This document shows, piece by piece, positions 51,499 through 64,000 of a DNA stretch of 64,000 nucleotides. Every line of letters begins with the position of its first letter. The first letter of the stretch is position 1. The stretch is from Balanoglossus misakiensis (taxonomy: Eukaryota; Animalia; Hemichordata): assembly GCA_040954595.2 (NCBI GenBank), contig CM082592.2, forward strand, positions 10,093,677-10,157,676. Reading direction: 5' to 3'. Position numbers and translations under genes: made by a program. The notes below the pieces were generated by a model. The model saw only the letters and a list, made by a program, of their open reading frames with translations, had not been told where the DNA came from and ran no database searches.

Positions 51499-54400
51499 CT
51501 ACAAAACAACTTCGTTGCGTTGTCTTTGCTTTTTCAGTCCATCCATTCGCTTCTTTCTCTCCACCACTTTGTTGCCCATGGTCTGTTTGAGAGCCGGCAG
51601 ACTGACGTGTTCCCTGGCTTGGAAGGCCGCTTCCGGCAGTTTCCGTGATTGGCCCTTCAGAGCAATTTTTGGCAATTTTCCAGACCTGAAAAACAATGAT
51701 ACAATGTTACATAATGACATATATCATCAGTCTTTGTGTTTTTTTCACCCAAGAGACAGATAATCTTTAATAACATGTACATCTTGTCAACAAGGTGTTC
51801 ATAGACCTAGCTTCAGAATCAGATTGGTCATGGAGATACATGGATATGATTAGGATTGTCAACACACAACATGATTAGATTTCATGTCTCTGAACTCCTG
51901 CCTAGTTGCCATGACAACTTACCCGTGAGGATTTTCTCCTTCTTCTGCGACATAGGCTTTCGCCAATAAATACGCATCAGGCGTCCATTTGTGTGAATAT
52001 AGCACATCTTTCAGGTCAGCTTTGAGTCTCATTAGCTGTTGGGGCAGAAACAAAATGACGATGTCAATTTCTAGATTCCATCGGAAGCACAATCAAGTTC
52101 TGAACACAGAAAGCACGCTGTCTTCACGCATTAGAGTTTGTCACCAAACGGAAATCTGTTACAAAAAGCTGCGATTAATCTTCGCACCCTGACGAACCAA
52201 GCGATGACACACTTACCTCGTGTGATTGCTTGTCGTTCTGCCTCTGTAAATGCCTAATAATCAATTCGCATTCTTCTAACGTAGGTGGTCTGGGCATTCC
52301 CGCTTTGGGCCTGACTTGCAGGGGGTCCATGCTGGGGTTCAGTGCCTCCACTGCTATCTGCAGCTGTGACTGAGGACTGGTCTGTTGTGATACTTCAGTA
52401 CTGGGAGGTCTGAGGCATCAAACACATGAAGTGCGTTTGTGAGAACACAGTTTTAATTGATTTGGTGCCTGGCTTTTGAAGCCTGGAAGCACCAAATAAA
52501 TTCCAAGCATGGATATTCATACAGAGATGAGGAAATGGTGTAACTTGATGAGAATATAATTTGATTTTTTCTCCTTTCAGAGAGAATGAGGCATTGGTTC
52601 ATTTTATCTCATCTGCTGCAAAATAATCCATGCTCGGCATAACCAGAATCCTGTACAGTTTGTTAGTGTTCACTATAAAGACCGCAAACACAGACACTGG
52701 TGTTAGGTGTTATATGACAAGACTAGCTCTTGTTGCTACAGGCAATGTTTCCAAGGGAATTAGTGAGGTGAGTCTGCTGGAATCAAAACTAATGACCTTA
52801 TTTTCCCACAGGCTAGCACCTGCATTCAGCTACCTTAAATAATTGACACCCGATTGTTAGTGATATCAAATTAACAGAGCATTGATCCCATTCAATTGGA
52901 AAGACTACACAGTACAGGTGTTAGATGAGATGGCTATGGGGACTGTCAACCATAATAATGAAAACACAAATTATAATTTAGGAGGGCCTCAGAAAAAGAA
53001 ATGGATGATGATATGAGACACCAGGGAACTAGGGGCATGCATGAGCAAGTCACCAACACAAAGACAAACCTTTGAAAAACCCAAACAGAACAAAAAAACA
53101 ATTAAAAACAGTTGCAGGTTCAAGCATACCACAATGGAGGCACAAAGCTACCAGCTGAGACGATAGTGATAGTAACCACGACGGCGGTGACACACAATCT
53201 GGTTACCACGGTGATGTGATGAGACACAAGGGGGGTGGTGTTCCATACAGCAGCCTTGTCTAATCCACACATTGTGCATGCTTACCTCTTGTTTAAAGTT
53301 TGTTCAACTAGTTGTTGAAGGTAGGCATTTCTACTTCGGGCGTCCCGCAGTGCATACCTCAAATTTTCCACTTCCTCTTCCAAAAACATTTTCTTCAGTT
53401 CGTCTAATTTTTGAGCTGGTTAATAAGAAAAAAAAATGGTGACGAGAAGTTGAAGGGAGGGTGTGACATGTTTTCTAAAAAGCTATCAGTGCACTGTGAA
53501 GTACAACATCTCAAAACAGTAATCATTAGTGGATGACCTGTTTTGATTATTTGGAACGAACTCTTGCAAAATCAGATGTTAATGTCTATAGTTTATAGTG
53601 GTTATGATACAAAGAGGTTGTAGACACTAGACAGCCTTGGTATCTATGTCAGAAACCTTCCTATGAACTGTCAAGTGATGACTATTTGGCCATTTAGACT
53701 GTTCAAGGCAGCCTCCAGTTGTTTATTTAAGCAATAAAACACCCCCAGCCATGGTATACCACGAGATTTTCACCAGTTAACGACATATACGCACGAGCGA
53801 TAGCGAGTGCGTATATGGAGTTGAACTGGTCAAAATCGAGTGGTATACCATGGCTGGGGGTGTTTTATTGCTATTATATTATGCCAGTATATTGAAACTT
53901 TGCATAAAACATTTTAAAAAGGCATTTTCTTTGACTATGATATATGACTGTGGTATATGGCTAATATATCACGGTCACGTGTCGTGTCTCGACCAATCAA
54001 ATAGCGTGATTTACACCATCAATATACTGGTATAATATAATTGTCAATAGCGCCTGTGATCTATTGATCCCTGCATAGCAATACACAATCACCCCCTCGC
54101 AGCTGGATAAATGACTATTTGATGATGCCCACAAATAAAACTGTCAAATGTATAGCACCCTGGTGATCAATCTTCAATGCTCACAATTCTCTGTGGGTTC
54201 AAACACCCACAGGTTATGGCAGCCTCCCAGGATTCAAGCTTTCAAATCACTTTGACCTTCGACCTCACTATGTCAACTGACACGAAAAGCAATGACTTCC
54301 CGCCTAAACATGCCAGCTGTATGCAAGAATTCAGGTTTGCCTGGATAAAAAGCTTCATAGTCAAATGTTATCTAGCTGTCATTGTCAGATTTTGAAGCCC

Positions 54401-57400
54401 TGATAAAACTGACTACAAATACAGCCAATCAGTTACGATCTGAGCCATAACGTTCCAGTAGCAAGGTTATCATGGTTACACTTATGTCATAAGGTCACAT
54501 GTTAGTGGACCGTTTACTAATTGTTTTGGCAGGCCTGGGTACAGATTACAGAGCAGCTAAAAAATGCAGCACTGTGTATTGATTTTCCACTTTGAGAACA
54601 TAAAACTAGTGAACTTTTGTTAAAACCCTGGCGTACTGTGAGTAGCGAACAAACATAAAACTGAAATGAGAGATTTTCTCTCAGAAGTCTGACATCTGAT
54701 TGTTTGAGATTCAAATAGCGTTGCACCTTTAATGTCAAAGGCTCAGACAGTGAATTTGTCAATTTACCCATCATGCCCTGGGAATACTCAAAGAGAATAC
54801 TGGTCTTACTTTCACCCAAAGACAATTGGGTCTTTTTCAGTTTGGGCAGCGCTTTCACACAAACGCTGACAAATCTGTCATGTCACTCGTGTTTAAGTTA
54901 TGACTGGGAGCATTGAGTGTGAAAATTCAACACAGTAGCGTGAAAAGGCATGTGAAAACCTGTTCTATAGAATTCTAGGCTCTCACGCAACGCAGGGCTT
55001 CCTGTGGTAAAACGAAAACCTTCCAGATATGCCAACTCTTCGATGAGCATGAAAGCTGCATAATGTCAACCACCGGATGCACACATGGTCGGGCTTTTAA
55101 CCACAAAATAAACAGTAATTACATCTGTGGTTTACCCACATTCAGGGAATTACAAGAGGCCAATGTTACCCCCCCCCCCCCCTCTGGCATACACTCCACT
55201 CTATAAATGGTGCTGTGAACAGAGTCAGATATAGAACAGTCAAATAACAAATCATTTTGTCAACACTTTGCAACTTCAAATAGCACACTGTTGTGTTTAC
55301 ACAGTCAATATCCACTCAGACAGTATGTGCCCCCCCACTGGGAGTGAAAACTTTCCTTAATGACCAAGGCAAATATCTACTAACAAGGGTCTGCCTTTTG
55401 ATCCAGTGCACATACCATTCTACGGTATATGGTAGTTGACCACAAATGCAACTTACCTTGTGAATTATGACTACTGCTACTGCTGCTGTCTGCCTCTCTA
55501 GATAACATGGAAACGTCGCTTAATTCTGAGGAAGAAAGATGGAAAATACAAACCATTTGGTTTATTGATTTACATATGAAATATTCCACTATGTACATTT
55601 CTTGAAAAGGTCGATAAGGACTATAAGCTGAAAGATCGCTTAGCACATAGCGCCAACCAAGTCATGCATGCTGGCATGACTATCTCTCGTATATCACCAG
55701 TTTACACTGCTCACAGTACTGTAAACTTTCAACACTTTACAAGGTTGATAAGATAATGTACTGAACAGAGAATGAATACATGTCTGAATGCAGGCCTTTG
55801 AAAGTTATGCTAAGCTGTGGTACAATGTTCCCTATACAAAAAAAACATGGTGAGCCCCAGGCGATATTTTCAAAATGGCTGTGAATCTGTTCTTTGGACA
55901 ACCTGACCTGGTTTTATTTAAATCAAACTCACCTTTCTTAGGGCTCAATCCTTTTGCCATTACCAGCTTGAAATGTAAATCTACATGGGGGAAAAAATCA
56001 GAAAAATAAATTGTAAAGATTAATTTACACTTAAGTTTGGCAGGTAGCACGTCCACTATTTATTGCTCAGAAAAACTGGTATCCTTCCTAGGAGGTAGGG
56101 GCTAAACTTTTACTGTAAATATTTGTGTAGCAGGACTGTTGGTAGTACAGCTCAAACAAAACTTTGAAAAGTAGACTAAATCTAGACACTGTACCAACAA
56201 AGTTAGTCAAATATTACTGAAAAGTGTGTATGTTTGTTTCAACTGTTATGTAGTGTATTGCGTTCTGTCAAAGTAATGTTTGTACAAGTATATGGATTCA
56301 TGATTTTTCACATTTTTTCATCCTGCTCTGAGACTTATTTTACCAAATTTACAAACATAGATTTGTATCCCATTAATGAAATGAAGGAAAATTTCCTGGC
56401 ATTGCACAGTAATCAGCTTAACCAAACAGGTTCATTGAAAACATGCCTAATCTTGCCCACTGAAAAGCGTAATGTTCTGTTCAGTACTATATATGTAAAA
56501 CTTCCATCATGCACAAAGAGTTGGCTTATTAAGAGGCAGTGACACAGAAAGCTACCCCCACTAGCATATTGAGAGGGACAGCAAAAAATACCTATTCACT
56601 GATTGTCGAGACTGTCATCACCATGCAGTGTGCTCATAGCAATTTCCACTCTGTTCAGACAGAGCCACAAAAGAGAAAACCACGCTACTCTACCCTGCAG
56701 CGCAAAGCATCTCTTATTAAACACGGGATGTTTCTGACAAAGTGGAATAGCATCTGTCAGGTCTAATCTCAGGGTTTGATGGGAGTCTGAGAGAAGGTTC
56801 AAAATTTACATACACTGCTGATTAGATTGTAATTAGTATTGTTCCATAACAAAACAATAACACACAAACAGTTTCACACCTAAAGTCTTAGATTATGTGC
56901 TAAATAAATTGTCTAAATTAATTCATTCCAGAAGTAGGTGTTAAAACCTATATTTTGATAAAATGTAAATGACTCAAAATCAACAATTACATTCTTGACT
57001 GAGTTGATTGTTCAACATTGCTAATACAGTTATTATATTTCTGAAAGTTAATTTAGATAAACCTGCCTCTTTTGTATTTTCTACTTTCTTGACCTAGAAA
57101 AGTCTGATTTATGTGAGTTTTGTATTTCAAATAATTCCTACCCAGTGACACACAAAAGGGCAACACTTGAATATTTTATGAGTGGTGTTCAGGTAATAAA
57201 TCATAAATACCAATATTAAATTCTATCCATGCGTGAATGGTCGTGCCTTTGGGCTTTGTCGAGGACTTGGTGTTAACAGAGTTAGGCTATAGCCTTTAGT
57301 ATATAATAATTTTTTATCTGCTTTTATTTTGAAAATTGGCAAGATAATTTACCAAATGGACAAGCTACTTTTAAAACCATCATCACTATCCATAGCTTTT

Positions 57401-57795
57401 GTCATATATTAACAATTATTCTTCAATCTCACTATGAAGGGAATAGTAGAAGATCTTCTGGATTTCAGTCAGATGAGCTATACTGTACCTTTGTTTTCTC
57501 TTTTTAGAATATCTATTTCTTCGTGAAGACTTCGGAGGACATCTTGGTGTTGCATCTTTAGAAACTCCAGGCTCTTTTCGAGATGATGCATTTTTTGCAT
57601 CGGGTCCATATCGCCTGTGTCCTGCAGGTCGAAGTCGTCGTATAAACCACCTTCCTTCTTTCCCGATGGTCCCGGCAGAACTTGCAGGCGATCTTTCATG
57701 AACGGTCGAGGGTACCTGGCTTTGTCCAGGGTTGCTATCCGCGACCAATGCGGCATATTCTGCATGGGAGGCAGCGAGTAGCTTGAGGATGACAT
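51499..57795 (-). CDS. CCDC74: Coiled-coil domain-containing protein 74-like (CCDC92/74 N-terminal domain)
   Basis: MSSSSYSLPPMQNMPHWSR...[39 protein letters not shown]...PRPPTLEECELIIRHLQRQNDKQSHELMRLKADLKDVL...VSLPALKQTMGNKVVERKKR...*. Exons near 57488-57795, 55934-55980, 55458-55525, 53287-53415, 52217-52409, 51923-52035, 51499-51686. Confidence 0.82.
53730..54040. mobile_element. Non-autonomous palindromic element (143-bp hairpin followed by a second 22-bp inverted repeat) in a CCDC74 intron
   Basis: Perfect 33-bp arms 53730-53762 / 53840-53872, with pairing continuing to a GATA loop at 53799-53802. Second inverted repeat TTATATTATGCCAGTATATTGA (53874-53895) / TCAATATACTGGTATAATATAA (54019-54040) has one mismatch. 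Confidence 0.75.
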
Positions 57796-59908
57796 CGTAT
57801 TTCGCGAGTAACACAAGACGTGTAACACTAGTAGCTTATTGCAGATCGAAATACTTCACAGTGTTTTGATAATATTTATCGCTATAGGGCCATCTGGTAC
57901 CCATATATAAGTTATAGTCAACGTCCAGGACGGGTGAATAACGCCTCACCTATGAATAAGAGATGGAGATTTCCCTAGGAAAAGCGACGAACGAAATTGA
58001 CGATGGTATCACTTTACTCGTCGGTTTCTGTGTTGACAAAGGTGTGCTACAGTGTAGCAGAATATTATTGTGACAGTGACTAGTGTTACGGTCTTCAATG
58101 CAGTAACTTGAAAATCTATGGAACAACGAAACCTTTCCTGTTACTTTCACTTCTGAATCGCGATCGCGAATGGCGTGTGTGCGTGTTTAGTTTTTAAGTC
58201 TGGAAACCCATAGTTGGCACTGCAAACACTCGACAAGATGGCTTCCTTCATGTATCCACAACAAACCTAATACGATGTACTCAGTCTCGGGTCAGGACGT
58301 CCTGGTACGCAAGTGGACTCTCCGAAGTGGTCAGCAGATACAACAATGAAGGCAAAGTTAAACCCTGTCCTACAAATAACGTCCGATTTGAGATCGCTGC
58401 CGTAATATCACAGGAATGGACCGGTACCCAGATAGCTCTTTCCTGAGGTTACATACTCTTTCACTGCAGCGTCTATGGTATGTGTCCACATATGCTAATG
58501 ATATGTTGCCATGTGACGATATTTGCATATTCTACGCCAAAAGTCACAGTTAACCGTAGAGGGCGGCATAAACTCTCCATGAAGAGATCGATTTCGATGC
58601 CATGGCCACAGTACAAAACATGTTTCCCGATGTTTTGTTTTGTTCCCGATGTTTTATTTTGTTGGGTCTGATATGGCAATGGAGAACAATACTAGTATAT
58701 TGGAACTGTAATGTAAATGAACCTACTGCACACTGCCCATTTAAAACTTCATCCAGAATACAAAGATAATTATCACCAGCAAACAACACATTTCCACATA
58801 GCCAGTTTACTAGTAATACTTTTCGATTTACCCTGTAAGTTGTACACATTAATGAATTAAGCCAACATCTTACAGACTAAAACAGCAACTGAAAAAGTGA
58901 AACAGCAAGTTGTCCCTGTCATAGCTGCTGTACTGATAGCATCTCTAATGAAATGGCATAACTCCATCATTTTCCTGTCTAAATGTTCACATCATCATCA
59001 CCACCATCTGTGGTCCACACCTTATGATCTTTTTGCATGTAGGTTTACCTTTAAAACAAAATATTTCAATGACAACTTGCAGTATTCTAAAATAAGGTCC
59101 TTTTAGATTGTGTATCCATAGTAACTTGAACTGAGTTCGGTCGGCGTCGCAAGAGTCACGTGAGACTTTTGTCATGTGACCAAATATTCAATATGGCGGA
59201 CTGTTTGAAAGAGTACATTGCACCGAGAACGTGATATTTTCTGCCGTATCTGGTTTTAGGGGCTAGTGCTGGCTTTACTAAATGTCAAGTAAGTAAAATG
59301 CATGTATTAGCAGGCACTGAAAAAGTTATACGCGTTAGCTGTGGCAAATAATTGATAATTTCACCATAATCACCTGTGTGGACCGACCGTAAATTTATGT
59401 GAAGTCTGAAGAAGTCATTGAGGACATGTCCCTGCACGTATCTTGTTGTGAGTCGTCGCCACACGAGCCTTGCAAATGGATTTATTCGATAATGAACCAT
59501 TGGGACCCAACCAGTGGCCATGAATCAGGTTTATCTTAGCAGTAACTATCATCAACGAGGATTTCATACGTCAGGACATGTAAAGAGTTGACGATACCGT
59601 TACATTATAATCGTCAGAATAACGTATGGACTGTCACTGTAACATGGTATGAACTTCTCATAAAACAACATGTTCAGACGAAGATCTTCAGTTATGCTTC
59701 GGTTTAGTTCCGATGCGTGTAACCAAATAATGAATATGTGCTAGAAAAACACGAAAGCCAATTTTTCAGCTGAAATTGTCAAACTTGCAATTTAAAACTT
59801 TTTTAGGATATAAATCGCCTGAGTATATTTCAGCATGTTTATCAGTAAACTGTTGTTTTTAAATAATTGAAAAATAAGTTAATTGGAAGGACTTTTTTTC
59901 TTTCAGAG

Positions 59909-62900
59909 ATGGCTGGGGAATTTTTCTTGTCGCAAAATCAACTTGACTTTGGTGTTCCAAAACCAAACATGTATAAATCATATCAACAAGGTCCAATACA
60001 AAAATCACAAGGCATGGCCATGGATGATATCATTACTAAGCGAGCTGAGTATCGACAGAATCAGTTACAGTTCAACCTGGATGCTCCTTCAGACCCTACA
60101 AACCTCGCAACAAGATACCTCAAGCCTGGGCCAATCACTGTGGAAAAATTGACCTCGCCACATAAGAGGAGGGTGGAAAAACCAAGGTTTAACCCGATGC
60201 AGTTTTCTGTCGTCTCAGAAGATAAGTTGTCTCTTGCCATGAGACTTGCTAAAAGGGACGTTAAGAGGAAATTGTTGAATCAGGGCTTCACCATATCTCA
60301 ACCTCAAGAAACGGAAGTGCCAAAAAAGACAAAAGTGACATACAGCAAAGAATATAAACAAAAGTTGAAACAGAGGAAAGAACGTGAGAACCTTAAAAAC
60401 GCAGGAATGAGAATTGAAGAACGATACAGATCAGACGATGTGAAGTCGTCGGAAACACAGACCTCAAGGCCGAGGGTCAAGGGGCGCCATTTGACATCAA
60501 GTATTGTTCAGGACAAGGCCTCAGAAGGAACTGTTCTTGTGCATATGAGGCACCCAGAAAATCAAGACATGGCAACCCCATCTAAGGATACTGACAGTCC
60601 TGCAACGAAACAAGCCAAAGAAATCCGAAGACTTAGAAAAGAATTGAGATACTACATTGAAAGAATTGAACATCTTTCAAAAACAGGTAAAATGTACTTC
60701 CTTACAGTCTTACTCAGAATGGTATGGTGCCCATATGATTTAATTCATTCATTGAATTTAATGTAGTTTGACTAAGCTGTATACAAAATTGCATGAAAAT
60801 GAATTTTTTCCATCTTCAATTCAGATAAGTCAGAAGTGGACCGAAAATATAAATCTGAAAATCTCAAAACTGATGAGGAGGACAAGAGGAAGGAAGCTAG
60901 AGAACTGGAACAAGCCAGTAGAAATTCAAGGTTACTGTACGCTCTCCAACAACAAGTAAGAATTTGACCAATTTTATTTCACTTTTACAAGTGTCTCTGA
61001 TGATCTCCAAATATTATTACTGAGAGAATAATTACCAAGATTTGCAGCTTTGAAAACTGAAGCAGTGTACATTGTGTGTTTAGTCATCTGTTACTGACTC
61101 ATCCTTTCACACTCCACAGGTCCGTGACATTCAAGGAGAATTAGAGAACGCTGGTTCAGAGGGCACAAAGCATTCCAAGAAGGTAAGATATAGTCTACAT
61201 TTCTTATGTCATGACATCTTTGGTCCAAGTGCCAGAGAAAGATATCTGACTCACTCCAGTTGCCTGTCTGACTATGGACAAAGAAAACTAACACAGAGAT
61301 CAAACAGGCACTAACTTTTGTACTGTAGAAACTGCATGTACTCCAACTAGCAGATATTTCACTCCACAATTTGACACACTCTATTTTTCAGAGTCAGACG
61401 TTAACAAGACTGGCAGCAGCTCACAGGGGAGCCGTCAGAGCACTCCAGATGTTCATTCAACACATGCCTGACCAACCAGACAGCAGGACAGGGTTGCCCA
61501 AAGTCTACAATGAACTGGCCACTTTGATTAAACAATTATCCATGGTGTGCGCCCAGCTTGAGATTGGCGAGAGCGGGGTTCCTGATATGGTGCTCAGGCT
61601 ACCAAATGCAAAGGTGTGAATGTTTGCAGGAATTCACTGTTTTTTGCTCAATCGTTTGAAAAATGTCAAATTCTAATTCTGGATCTTTGATCTTGTACCT
61701 GGCATTAAAGGTTCTTGTGGATGCTCTCATCTTTCAGAAACAACATGAATTATTCAGTAAACAACTGAGGTCCCCACCAAGGAAGAAGGAGCTAATTCCG
61801 ATGCTCTCAGCTCCACATCCCAAACATGGCTCCTCGAGACGGCAACTCCTGGGTGATTTCCAACACAGTGGCTTGGAAAGGAAACCTGAATTTGAGCCTT
61901 GGGACGATCGAAGAGAATGGGCACCAGAGAACGTAGGAGCTGCAAAGAAAACTAGAAGTAAGACATTTCTCTTCTGTATTTCATAATCTGCTAGCATTTA
62001 TTTACATGCAGCTCATGCACAAGTCAACCATAACTCACTTCAGCCAGTCATCAACATCAAAACATACATGGGCAAACCATATAGACATAAACACATCTGT
62101 AATCACAGAAAAATTGTTACACATTTTCTCCAGTGAAGGAAGCTGTTGTTTTTTTTTTGAGGGGCAGCAAAATTGTTGTAACCCACGTGTGACAGACTAC
62201 TTCTTGTTTTCTATAGAGAAAAGCAAGAGATCTAAATCAGTTCCTGCTGTCAGGCAGAACACTATGCTGTATTCCACACCAGCTTACATGGCAAGTCATA
62301 GAGATGTGGAGAGGTTAAGGCAAACTACCAAACATAGAGGTTGGCATACTTCTACTCTGATATTGTACAGGGAAATAATTCAACACTTCTGCGAATGCAT
62401 TCATGAGTCTCACGGTTCAGTCGCATCTCCATAAATCACAAAATCGTGGCTTTTCTCATTTTTCATCACACTTCAGAAATCTACAAATCATTGCAAGCTG
62501 TTCACCTTCAGCTCATTGTCACTAATGGTAGTGTGATAAACAGCTGAATCACCATGCTGTGTTGCTCACTCAAATAGTACCACAGTTAATTTTGCTATTT
62601 ACTCAGTAACTAAAAATGTTCCCTCCCCCACCCACCCGTGTCCCCCCCCCTTCCCCAACCCACCCGTGTACAATTGCAGGTGATTCTCTGAACAGTCCAG
62701 AGAGGGAATCAGCTCTCAGAGCCGGTATAGTGGCATTGTTAAAAGCAGCTGAAGACTCGGAAAGAAAACCACCACCACCTCACACAAAACCAAGACAGAC
62801 ACACCCTAAACACGTCACATATCAAACACAGCCTCCCGTCAAATCTTCGAGACCAGTGCCACTTTTTCCAACTCATCCAGAGAAGACGAGTGTTTTGCTT

Positions 62901-63860
62901 CCATCTAAACTGAAGGTAAGATATTACAGAATTTGTTTTTATACTAATTGTCTGAAGTGTGATCAACAATGATGGCATCACCAGTATACATGTAGTTATG
63001 GTTGCACTGCAAGTTGAATGTCAATGGATGGTTAACTTTAACTTTCTTTCTGTGACAGAATCAACGTGAGAGACTCGCCAAAGTCACGGTGCCAGAAATC
63101 GATCACCCGCACTTTGCTGATGCCACAGTTTCGTCCAGCATGAAAGAGCGCCCTGCAGTTATTCCGGAACCCGTAAGATCCCCGGATGGCAAACCAGTGT
63201 GGTCCCCACCAGGGAGTCCCCACACAAAGAAGAGGCTTGCACAGACCGCTGGGGAGATGAGTCTGCTGGGAGATCTAGAAATGAGCCCACGGATACGAAG
63301 TCCAAGACGTGCCTGGACTGAATCAGATCTGCATAGACCAGTAAGATTTCATTCACTCTAATGTTGCCAGTAAAATAATTTTTGTAAATACCTGTATTAA
63401 AAATGAATATAAAACCTGGTCCTGTCAGATGATGCAATAACGCTTGTCTCTAGAGGGCGTTATACCACAACTCGTGTTCAAAGCGAAATTGAAGTGAATG
63501 TTTTTGTTCTGTACTTTGAAGTATATGCAGACTTCATACCAGAATTCATTTTCCTATCACCAGGTGCGCAGACATGGAGATGATAAATTAACTGCAGCAG
63601 AAGAGGCTGTTGTTTCCAAGCTACAACCTTTATTGGACCAAGCAGAGGTCAGTGTAGCTGTACAACAATTTAGAAAACAAAGGAAACTGTATTACAAAGT
63701 TCTTTAATACGTCAATGAGGAATTGTTGCTAGTTTTCTCAGTTTTCTAATCTCCGGTTTGTTTTTTCGCCTGACAGGAGATTGCTGACAAATACAAGGAA
63801 CTACAACGCAGCACTCAACAGTCACTCAGATACAAGCTGTCAGAGAGGTCATCAGAGGTG
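59909..63860 (+). CDS. KIAA0753: Protein moonraker (centriolar satellite protein); continues past the window end
   Basis: QNQLQFNLDAPSDPTNLATRYLKPGPITVEKL; FSVVSEDKLSLAMRLAKRDVKR; EIRRLRKELRYYIERIE; EQASRNSRLLYALQQQVRDIQGEL; SQTLTRLAAAHRGAVRALQMF. Further in-frame exons run to 63860. Confidence 0.88.
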
Positions 63861-64000
63861 GTAAGTGACCTTTGAACTCTTCAAGTGTGCTTTTTGAACC
63901 TTTCCACCACTGTACATGTACAGTATGTGCTTGAGTTGAGCCTATGTATTTTCTGCTGTGACTACAATACACATGTAGGCAGTTTCTGTAGTAGGAGATA

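Noticed and set aside
2753-51920. RFX X-box-like palindromes (GTTGCCATGACAAC and variants) and TGACCT repeats
   Set aside because: They are scattered through introns and UTRs with no clear promoter association, so no single site can be supported.
58201-58446. Open frame of about 80 codons on the plus strand
   Set aside because: No ATG or convincing acceptor in frame, and no recognisable protein features.
1-64000. U12-type introns, in-frame Sec codons, tRNA/rRNA/snoRNA genes, autonomous transposon ORFs
   Set aside because: All junctions I read were ordinary GT-AG, no in-frame TGA was needed, and no such RNA or transposase signature was recognisable by eye. An Infernal/Rfam scan would be needed to exclude small RNAs.

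Overview
Gene-dense, intron-rich animal genomic DNA, AT-rich, with mostly short GT-AG introns. The gene content suggests a marine invertebrate deuterostome such as a hemichordate (inference only). Thirteen spliced genes were reconstructed by hand, and their orientation strictly alternates: HIP1/HIP1R (+, 5' part outside the window), TMX2 (-), RSKR/SGK494 (+), COX6A (-), AIFM3 (+), MRPL57 (-), TSSK5-like (+), PPIL2 (-), an unrecognised type-I membrane protein (+), CENPQ (-), RFC2 (+), CCDC74-like (-) and KIAA0753/Moonraker (+, 3' part outside the window). The most interesting locus is AIFM3. It has two duplicated 116-nt exons that must be mutually exclusive and that encode alternative versions of the NAD(P)H-specificity loop (GLEK vs GRGN). 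It also has candidate competing intronic RNA pairings, alternative N-termini (a presequence-like extension vs a myristoylation/palmitoylation start) and a possible micropeptide terminal exon. Also present: a palindromic element with regularly spaced tandem G.A mismatches, a three-copy MITE family, and a 39-bp minisatellite. Exon boundaries and homology calls were made by eye, with no database search.
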